A DNA stretch of 24,189 nucleotides, taken from Candidatus Thorarchaeota archaeon SMTZ1-45. GTDB taxonomy: Archaea > Asgardarchaeota > Thorarchaeia > Thorarchaeales > Thorarchaeaceae. Location of the stretch: the NCBI GenBank assembly GCA_001563335.1, contig LRSL01000020.1, positions 1-24,189 of the forward strand, written 5' to 3'. Of this stretch, positions 15,987-22,820 are shown piece by piece. Position 1 is the first letter of the stretch. Every line of letters begins with the position of its first letter. A program made the translations under genes and the position numbers. A model generated the notes under the pieces. That model saw nothing but the letters and a program-made list of their open reading frames with translations, searched no databases and had not been told where the DNA came from.

Positions 15987-16514
15987 ATGAAAGAAGAAAT
16001 CAAAGGAAATATTCTCAACCCATTGCCAATAGCGCTAGTAGGGGCTTTAGTAAAAGGGAAACCCAACTACCTTGTGATTGGTTACATTTCCCCATTCAAT
16101 TTTGGGAAACATGTTTTCTTTAGTCTGTATAAAAAACGCTACACACGAGTTGGTATCCTAGAAAACATGACATTCAGTGTAAACATCCCCTCTATAACAA
16201 TACTTGAAGAAACACAACTATGCGGAAGTAAATCTGGTCGTGATTATGACAAGTCTTCCCTCTTTGATTCATTCTATGGAGAACTGAAAACAGCTCCAAT
16301 GATTAGAGAATGTCCCTTAAACATGGAATGCGAGGTCGACCAAATAATCGACTATGACCTTAACGAGGGAATCATTGGAAAGGTCGTCAAATCATATGCG
16401 GATTCCAACACCCTGATTGATGGCAAATTGGATATCAGAACAGTACATCCAATATTATGGTCTACTTGCGGTGACTTCAACTACTACCATATTGGAGCTC
16501 GAATAGAAACTTGA
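15987..16514 (+). CDS. Flavin reductase-like FMN-binding protein (flavoredoxin family)
   Basis: P.PIALVGA...GKPN, FSVNIP, CGSKSGR..DK, APMI.ECPLNMECEV, IGKVV. Confidence 0.9.
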   Translation: MKEEIKGNILNPLPIALVGALVKGKPNYLVIGYISPFNFGKHVFFSLYKKRYTRVGILENMTFSVNIPSITILEETQLCGSKSGRDYDKSSLFDSFYGELKTAPMIRECPLNMECEVDQIIDYDLNEGIIGKVVKSYADSNTLIDGKLDIRTVHPILWSTCGDFNYYHIGARIET

Positions 16515-16533
16515 CATTGTGGAATTGAAACTA

Positions 16534-16563
16534 TAATGAACCAGATGAAACTCGAACTAATGA
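16534..16563 (-). repeat. Decayed tRNA 3'-end remnant
   Basis: Reverse complement TC ATTAG TTCGAGT TTCAT CTGGTTC A TTA; 4 of 5 T-stem pairs, intact T-loop, correct spacing. Confidence 0.45.
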
Positions 16564-16661
16564 ACAATTGTTTAGTCATTCAAGACCAGCTTCTGTCAAT
16601 ACCATTACTTTGATGTTAGGATTGAAAGGCAATCTCTCTATGTAGGACGTGGGTTGCAGGA

Positions 16662-17405
16662 ATGTCTGATACTCTTCAAAAGCTTGACCAGATTGAGAAG
16701 ATTGTTTCACAGGACCCTAAAAAGACGCCTCCTGAAGTTCGAAAACAATTCTGGAGGATTGTACGAGAGATTAAACGCAGTCCTAATCCAGATATCACTG
16801 AAGTTGCACAAGCTGCTCGAATTAGAAATGTCCTGTTCAAGGAAAAAAGAGGACGTACCTATTCCCTTTGGCCATGCATTGTTCTGCTGACTCTGATTGG
16901 CGCACTTGGCCCAACTCTTTGGTATCTCAGACTTCTCGAGGTTTCTCTAGACTGGAATGCTTTTCTTGTTTGGACAACATCGGATTGGTGGATCTTCTTA
17001 AGACGTCTGGGAAGTTTACTTGCAGCCACTTTCTTCTTCTATCCATTGGGCAGATTGATAGCTGGAAAATGGGCTGGGATTCGGATCGACGGAATGAGTC
17101 GTGGAATGTATAATGAGCCTACATTGAAGATTGACTACGAAACATTTCTACTAACACCACCACCGAAAAGGAAGTGGTTCTTCTTCTTTGCAGGAATTTG
17201 GACAGTCATTACCTCATTTGGAATTGGTTTTGTTGGTTTCATTCTCGTTGGTGATCTATGTGGCATCATCACTGCTATTTTTCTGGGTATTAGTGAAGGG
17301 GCTGCAATCTGGAGTGGAACTACGAAGAACATCGGCGGAGAGATGGCTCACTACAATCGTGAGAGGAAGATCGAGAGAAGTTGGAAACGACAAATAGGAG
17401 CATGA
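16662..17405 (+). CDS. Hypothetical membrane protein
   Basis: Charged N-terminal domain and about 4 TM helices; GIRID.M....EPTLKIDY.TFL segment. Confidence 0.8.
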   Translation: MSDTLQKLDQIEKIVSQDPKKTPPEVRKQFWRIVREIKRSPNPDITEVAQAARIRNVLFKEKRGRTYSLWPCIVLLTLIGALGPTLWYLRLLEVSLDWNAFLVWTTSDWWIFLRRLGSLLAATFFFYPLGRLIAGKWAGIRIDGMSRGMYNEPTLKIDYETFLLTPPPKRKWFFFFAGIWTVITSFGIGFVGFILVGDLCGIITAIFLGISEGAAIWSGTTKNIGGEMAHYNRERKIERSWKRQIGA

Positions 17406-17408
17406 ATT

Positions 17409-17435
17409 TGGACCATTATGTTTCGAACTCTCGAT
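17409..17435 (-). repeat. Decayed tRNA 3'-end remnant
   Basis: Reverse complement ATC GAGAG TTCGAAA CATA ATGGTCC A; shares TGGACCA and GAACTC with the 20873 remnant; 1-nt deletion, CCA lost. Confidence 0.4.
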
Positions 17436-17532
17436 TCACAATTTGGTTGTTTTGAGAGTAAGCTAATCAAGTGATATGATTGTCCAATCCAATAAGAATT
17501 CAGATGTTTCCCTAGGTTCCGGTAGTTAAGCT

Positions 17533-18468
17533 CTACATGAATATTCTCTCTCCAGGAACTTTCGGGAACAATGTGATCTCCTTGATGTGTGACCGTTTCG
17601 TCAGGAAACGAACAAGTCTTTCAACACCAAGACCTCCGCCAGCGCTAGGACCTATCATATCTGCCTTTGCCAGCTCGAGATATGGAGTAAATTCCTCAAA
17701 TCTATGGTTTCTCTCCTTGAGTTTTCTAACGATTATTTCATACTTGTAATCTCGTTCTCCTCCAGAAAGGGCCTCACCATATCCTTCAGGATAGTACAGG
17801 TCATAATTATGGTAGTGCCCTCTTCTGACTTCATCCTCTTTATCATAGAACTCTCTCTCAAAATCAGTAATCCAGAATAAATCGTCCTCACGTTGTGAGA
17901 TACGACTACCAAACTCTTCACCAAACTCACGTCTTAGGTCCCAGCTTGAATGGACACGGAAGGGCTTTCTTGGAATCTTGATATGAGCCCTTAACTCTTT
18001 CAACTCCTTCTCGCACCTGTCCTGAACCTTAGCGAATATGTAGATGACCAAGTCTTCCATGAATGACATGAACTCATGGGCTGATGTATCTTTCAACTCA
18101 ATATCAAGTTGCGAGAACTCTAGCAGGTGATTATCACTCTGCACATCTTTCTCCAACCGAACATTCGGCGAAACAATGTAGATTCCTTTGACACCCAAGG
18201 TGGAGATTGCTACTTGCTTATGCAGAGCCATACTTTTGGTAAGCTGGAGCTTCTGATTGAGATATGTAATGGTCGCCTTGTATACTGGATGACATAGTGG
18301 ATCTGTGACAGGTGAAACAATCACAGGCATCATCTGAAGGAGCCCCTCTTGATAGAGGAACTCATGAATCGCAAGCAAAGCCTCGGACTGTATTTTAAGT
18401 ATCTCTACGATTTTTCCTTTCTCCTGTAGATATGACTCATTTGATTTCAAGACTGATGAGTAAGTCAT
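17533..18468 (-). CDS. asnA: Archaeal-type asparagine synthetase A (AsnRS catalytic-core paralogue lacking the anticodon-binding domain)
   Basis: SPVTDPL, LTKSM.LHKQ, SPNVRLE, HLLEFSQLDIE, GEALSGGER, SAGGGLGVERL; 311 aa with no N-terminal OB fold. Confidence 0.88.
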   Translation of the reverse strand: MTYSSVLKSNESYLQEKGKIVEILKIQSEALLAIHEFLYQEGLLQMMPVIVSPVTDPLCHPVYKATITYLNQKLQLTKSMALHKQVAISTLGVKGIYIVSPNVRLEKDVQSDNHLLEFSQLDIELKDTSAHEFMSFMEDLVIYIFAKVQDRCEKELKELRAHIKIPRKPFRVHSSWDLRREFGEEFGSRISQREDDLFWITDFEREFYDKEDEVRRGHYHNYDLYYPEGYGEALSGGERDYKYEIIVRKLKERNHRFEEFTPYLELAKADMIGPSAGGGLGVERLVRFLTKRSHIKEITLFPKVPGERIFM

Positions 18469-18591
18469 GTCGATAACATCCCTAGATAATATAACTCAAA
18501 ATAGTAAATCAAGAAATAGTCTTGCAACAAAAATTGGAAATAATAGCAAGAATAACAACTGAAATAAACTTTTACGGAATATTTTTCCATT

Positions 18592-19041
18592 ATGAATGAA
18601 TTAGATGATAAAGATAACAGAATCCTACTCTTACTCAAAGAGAACTCTCGCATGACTACCAAAGAGATGTCCAAAGAACTCGAAATACCACAGACAACAA
18701 TCCACAATAGAATAAAGAATCTGGCTCAGAGAGGGATTATCAAGCGATTCACAATAGATATAGACGGAAAGAAAATCGGGAAAGGACTGGTTGCCTACAT
18801 TTTATGCACAGTTTCATATCGTTCTGCAAGAGGAGAGAAGATCAATCAACTTGAGGTCGCCCAAGTAATAAAAGAACTACAGGATGTAGAAGAAGTGTTC
18901 ATTGTGACAGGTGACAATGATATGATTGTAAAAGTCGCAGTGAAAGATGTTGACGCACTGAACGACTTTGTGATTTTTACATTGAGAAACATTGAAGGTG
19001 TAGAAAGAACTGTCACTAGTGTAGTCCTCTCAGAGATATAA
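18592..19041 (+). CDS. Lrp/AsnC-family transcriptional regulator
   Basis: LDDKD.RIL.LL.ENSR....E....L......IHNRIK.L...GIIK.F; RAM domain VTGDND.IVKV...LR.IEGVERT.T.VV. Confidence 0.95.
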   Translation: MNELDDKDNRILLLLKENSRMTTKEMSKELEIPQTTIHNRIKNLAQRGIIKRFTIDIDGKKIGKGLVAYILCTVSYRSARGEKINQLEVAQVIKELQDVEEVFIVTGDNDMIVKVAVKDVDALNDFVIFTLRNIEGVERTVTSVVLSEI

Positions 19042-19168
19042 CTGCAAAGTCCGAAATAACTGCAAATTCTCTTCAGTCAGGATTGGTCTACAATAAAGTG
19101 TGTGACTCTTCTCAGAGTTAAAAAGTCTGCCAACTATTTGTGAAGTTCAAAATCCAAGAGAACAAAGT

Positions 19169-19200
19169 TGGTGAGCTAGCGTGTTTTGAACATGCGATCT
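19169..19200 (-). repeat. tRNA 3'-end remnant (Val-like), putative att scar
   Basis: Reverse complement AGATC GCATG TTCAAAA CACGC TAGCTC A CCA versus the tRNA-Val end TGGTC GCGTG TTCAAAT CACGC CCGGCCC A CCA. Confidence 0.7.
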
Positions 19201-19214
19201 CTTTAATTATTGCA

Positions 19215-19412
19215 CTATGACTCAAACAGTCTGTTAACGAGCTTACATCCATCATGGGTGGGAGGCTTGTAGAAACACATCTTCTCTGGGTCCTCCTTAG
19301 AATACCTTACACACCCCCAGCACTGACTAAACAATCGAACACCCTTCTTCTCCCTATGAGCCTTACACAACTCAAATGCTTTCTCCAAAGGAATAGAAAG
19401 TTCAGAGGTCAT
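19215..19412 (-). CDS. Small Cys-rich protein (5 Cys including CWGC), possible metal binding
   Basis: 65 aa, C-x14-CxxC-x11-C-x9-C; fills the space between two tRNA-end remnants. Confidence 0.7.
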   Translation of the reverse strand: MTSELSIPLEKAFELCKAHREKKGVRLFSQCWGCVRYSKEDPEKMCFYKPPTHDGCKLVNRLFES

Positions 19413-19479
19413 AATCTAGCTTCTCTTCTTTCTGGGAATTAAACATTTTTGCTTTTTTTAAAGGGGAAATCAATAGAGA

Positions 19480-19499
19480 TGGTTGGCCATATGAGATTC
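19480..19499 (-). repeat. tRNA 3'-end remnant truncated in the T-loop, putative att scar
   Basis: Reverse complement GAAT CTCAT ATGGCCA A CCA followed by a pyrimidine-rich tail. Confidence 0.55.
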
Positions 19500-19605
19500 A
19501 GTTTATGTGCTCTCTTTGCTTCATTGGAGTCTAAATTTCAATAATCATACTGGTTAGAACATCTAGTTCACTAGAGCAAACCATTGTCTACGCTGACTCT
19601 CAATG

Positions 19606-20733
19606 TCACTTCTCCTCAAACTGAACACATCTAACTTTTCCTTTCAATCCCGCCGCAAGACAATGGTTGCAAGAAATACACCGAGCAGGTTCCTGGTTGC
19701 CAATTTTCGCTTCTTCAGTCCAACGAGATAGAAGTGCCGGCTCACTAATCAAGGGACGACTAAGCTGAACCACATCGAAAGCAGCCTGGGAATTTCCATC
19801 TCCAGTTAGAAGCCTAACAACAGTTTCCGGAGACCGGATTCCACCCACCAGTCCAACTAAGACCTCACTGCCACGTACGATCGACTGGATAACCGTTGCA
19901 TCATCAAAGAAATATGCCTCCCCTTCATCTTTCGGATTTCGACTTGGGTTTGGTCCACTAATTATAATGCAATATGCTCCCGCCTCAGCGAGTTTCTTTG
20001 CCAGCTCGCCCACTTCCTTGGAACTTACGGTATCCGAGCTTGAGTTCACCTTCACCTGAATGGGAATATCAACCGCACGCCTCACAGCTATTACAGCATC
20101 CACCATCGCTTTGCAACGTCCTTCAATTGTTAATCCGGTGAATGGGTCATCCACTGGTCGTTTATTGAACGATGGGTCAAAGAATTGCCAAAGCCCATAG
20201 TTGTGAGCTCCATGTAGTTCAATCAGATCGAATCCTGCTTCAACTGCACGTTTGGCTGCATTGGCATATGCTTGAGTGACTCTTTCTATATGCTCCACTG
20301 TCATAGCTTTTACTCGAACAACATCCCCCTTAGGTTGAGGGGCATCCATCTCACTAGGTCCAAATACTGCATCGATGCCTGTCACTCTTGGAAGGCTCCT
20401 GCTCCCGCAATGAACTAATTGAGCTGCTGCAAGACCTCCTGAAGCATGAATCGCCGCAACAAGGCGTTTCAGACCTTCAACATCGCTTGGTCTTGAATTG
20501 GAAATCATGCGCTTGACTGCCTGTCCCTCATGCATTACATATTGAAAACCAGTTACCACGACACCTGCTTTGATTTTACCATACGTTTCGATGACAGTAT
20601 CTCCGCATATCCCATTCTCTTCCGCTTGACTCATCCAAGTAGCGGCTCGCATAATTCGGTTGGGAACCACCATGCCATTTGGCAATTCGAGTTTCTTGAG
20701 TACAACACGTTCCCAGGTTTCTTGCTTTACCAT
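19606..20733 (-). CDS. NADH:flavin oxidoreductase (Old Yellow Enzyme family) with a C-terminal Cys cluster
   Basis: NRIMRAAT, QLVHCG, AA.RA.EAGFD.IELHGAHNY, VGGIRS, SRPLISEP, CISCNHC-x9-C. Confidence 0.92.
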   Translation of the reverse strand: MVKQETWERVVLKKLELPNGMVVPNRIMRAATWMSQAEENGICGDTVIETYGKIKAGVVVTGFQYVMHEGQAVKRMISNSRPSDVEGLKRLVAAIHASGGLAAAQLVHCGSRSLPRVTGIDAVFGPSEMDAPQPKGDVVRVKAMTVEHIERVTQAYANAAKRAVEAGFDLIELHGAHNYGLWQFFDPSFNKRPVDDPFTGLTIEGRCKAMVDAVIAVRRAVDIPIQVKVNSSSDTVSSKEVGELAKKLAEAGAYCIIISGPNPSRNPKDEGEAYFFDDATVIQSIVRGSEVLVGLVGGIRSPETVVRLLTGDGNSQAAFDVVQLSRPLISEPALLSRWTEEAKIGNQEPARCISCNHCLAAGLKGKVRCVQFEEK

Positions 20734-20872
20734 CGAATCAACTCACATTTTCTTCTCTCTCTCGTACTCGAAAGGCAGAACTCTCCACTTTCTTTCACTC
20801 AAGCATGAAGGAGCATCTGACAAAGTGATATACACCCATTATATAGGCTTGGTGTGATGCCAAAAGAAGGAG

Positions 20873-20916
20873 TGGTGGACCAAGTGAGATTTGAACTCGC
20901 TACCTCCTATTCGCAG
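20873..20916 (-). repeat. tRNA 3'-half remnant (Ala-like: T70, TGC at the anticodon position), putative att scar
   Basis: Reverse complement C TGC GA ATAGG AGGTA GCGAG TTCAAAT CTCAC TTGGTCC A CCA followed by CTCCTTCTTTT; no D-arm or 5' acceptor strand. Confidence 0.75.
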
Positions 20917-20970
20917 ATTGTACGAATCACAACCATGTTTCTGAAACACTAGCAGTAAGAGTTTAGTGTG

Positions 20971-21171
20971 TTAACGATGCAGAGTAACAGCTGATCTCCC
21001 AGTCATCCATTTGTTATGTCGCGTAATTTGCTGCACATTTTTCCTATCTATTGGTGCAGGTATTTTATCTTCTCTAGATTGCTTTCTAGGAATTTTAATT
21101 TCTTGTGAGTAGTCTTGAACGATTACCCTATGTTGCGATTGGTTACACTCTTTTTTCCTAGCTATCATCAT
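20971..21171 (-). CDS. Small basic hypothetical protein (about 66 aa)
   Basis: MMIARKKECNQ...RHNKWMTGRSAVTLHR; the longer ORF-track extension to 21327 runs through AT-rich promoter-like DNA. Confidence 0.5.
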   Translation of the reverse strand: MMIARKKECNQSQHRVIVQDYSQEIKIPRKQSREDKIPAPIDRKNVQQITRHNKWMTGRSAVTLHR

Positions 21172-21254
21172 TATCACAAACTGATAATAAATTATCATAA
21201 AATAATATAAAGTTATCTGAAATTGAAAAGATATACTCATGAAATGATGATAAT
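21170..21254. promoter_or_regulatory. Cluster of TGATAAT/ATTATCA half-sites
   Basis: ATTATCA 21170-21176, TGATAAT 21182-21188, ATTATCA 21191-21197, TGATAAT 21248-21254. Confidence 0.5.
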
Positions 21255-21317
21255 TGATTGATGTTTTGGTCTGCAGCATTTTGAAATAACAGAACACCCG
21301 CATACTTGCAGGAATCA

Positions 21318-21977
21318 CTAAAAACAATCTTGGAGTTTCTTCACTAATTCAGGGTGATTTAAAATAATCCCCAAAAAGGCGATATAATCGAGAGTCTTAA
21401 TCATATTTCCCCATTCACCTGAGAGGATTTCATCCAATTTTCCTTTGTCGTCCGCCTCTGCAAGTTTCGTAATCTCATCGCTCATTGCTATACTAATCTC
21501 ATTTGTAACTTCACGTAGACATGACTCGGTTTCTTTTGACCCACCATGTAAAATCATTAATCCTCCCAAAACTCGATTGATTAAATCTATGCCTTCTTTA
21601 GACATTTCTGGAGGGAGGCCATAATGGAAGAGTTTTGCTGTTCGCGAGAAGAGTGTTTCAGATGCAGTCTTTCCAAACTCAACTCGCTTTCCTCCAGGTG
21701 TCACAAGACCCTCCTTTTCTAGAGCTTTGAGATATCTGTAAATTGTGTTATAAGACTTAGACCCAACAATTTCGTGGTCAGCAGCTCTTAACTTGTATGC
21801 GTATTCAATCTCTCGGATGGTCATAGGACGTTTTCGTAGAATCTCAATTATGATGTAGTAATTCGGATCTTCAAGCAGTCTTATTGCTTGAGGTGAATCT
21901 ATTATTTTCACCAATGTGGGTGTAAAATGTAGTACATCCTGCGTTTTGCCAACTTCAGGTGTCTTTCCATTCGTCAT
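21318..21977 (-). CDS. Winged-helix (ArsR-like) transcriptional regulator
   Basis: L.DP....IIEILRKRPMTIREI...KS..TIYRYLKALEKEGLV...G.R......ETLFSRTAK. Confidence 0.82.
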   Translation of the reverse strand: MTNGKTPEVGKTQDVLHFTPTLVKIIDSPQAIRLLEDPNYYIIIEILRKRPMTIREIEYAYKLRAADHEIVGSKSYNTIYRYLKALEKEGLVTPGGKRVEFGKTASETLFSRTAKLFHYGLPPEMSKEGIDLINRVLGGLMILHGGSKETESCLREVTNEISIAMSDEITKLAEADDKGKLDEILSGEWGNMIKTLDYIAFLGIILNHPELVKKLQDCF

Positions 21978-22222
21978 CTCTCATGTCACTTATTAATTGC
22001 TACCAGCTTGTGGTATAACATTTTCGTTTCAAGGCAATGAATTCTCATATTTTGGGAAAAATGAGTCCATGGAATCAGCCTGAACTACAATCACCTGGAT
22101 AGCGCAGAAGAAATGACGGACAATGCACTTGCATTTCAATGTTTATCTGGCGTTGACACAAATAATTATGAATCAACCAATCACCAGAATCGTTCAATAG
22201 AGGTCTGTGGAGGATTGGAACA

Positions 22223-22672
22223 GTGAGTAAAGCAGCATCAGAACGAAGCTTGGTCTTCTTTATTATAGCTGCAATCATGATTATACTGGTCTTAGTCCTA
22301 CCATTCGCATATCGAATAGACATTGGTCCTGGGCCTGACTCAATTAGAGCTATGACTTGGGACTACATCGAGTCAACCTGGTATTCAGGATTCAGATTTT
22401 GGAATCCTCTAGATACGCTTCCATACACTATTCTAAGGCTCGTATTTGCTGTATATTTGGCTAGATTCTGTTTAGGAAGTACCACTGCAAAGACAACAGT
22501 CCTCATAGGAATTCTTGCTGAGCTACAACCAATTATTGTTTCAGCTCCACTCGTTTACTTCATTGACTGGTCCGGGGATCCATTAGTCCCTCTATACATA
22601 CCAGTACCGATCATGTTACTATTAGGTATAATTCTTGTTCTCATCCTCAAAGGCAGGTATGCTAAAGACTAA
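22223..22672 (+). CDS. Hypothetical four-TM membrane protein
   Basis: Hydrophobic segments, IPVPIMLLLG C-terminal helix; GTG start with upstream GGAGG. Confidence 0.75.
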   Translation: MSKAASERSLVFFIIAAIMIILVLVLPFAYRIDIGPGPDSIRAMTWDYIESTWYSGFRFWNPLDTLPYTILRLVFAVYLARFCLGSTTAKTTVLIGILAELQPIIVSAPLVYFIDWSGDPLVPLYIPVPIMLLLGIILVLILKGRYAKD

Positions 22673-22693
22673 GGTTAGCTGGTGAGGCATAGA

Positions 22694-22724
22694 TGACGGA
22701 ACAGGCGAGATACGAACTCGTGAC
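22694..22724 (-). repeat. tRNA 3'-end remnant (G73), putative att scar
   Basis: Reverse complement GTC ACGAG TTCGTAT CTCGC CTGTTCC G TCA; 4 of 5 T-stem pairs and exact spacing. Confidence 0.65.
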
Positions 22725-22820
22725 GATTTCTGTCTAAGGAGCCTAAGAAACGCTTTAGCGGATGATTATTAACCAACACCTAACACTGGAATTTAGATTG
22801 GCTAGGGATAAGGGGTTGTC

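Noticed and set aside
16515-16628. GGAATTGAAAC and GGATTGAAAG resemble 3' ends of archaeal CRISPR repeats
   Set aside because: Only two short, dissimilar copies about 97 bp apart, no full repeat identity and no cas genes.
19038-19066. Direct repeat ATAACTGCAAA twice at the Lrp stop
   Set aside because: Short local duplication with no associated structure or element.
21172-21327. N-terminal extension of ORF 20971-21327
   Set aside because: AT-rich, promoter-like sequence with operator repeats; translation looks non-coding.
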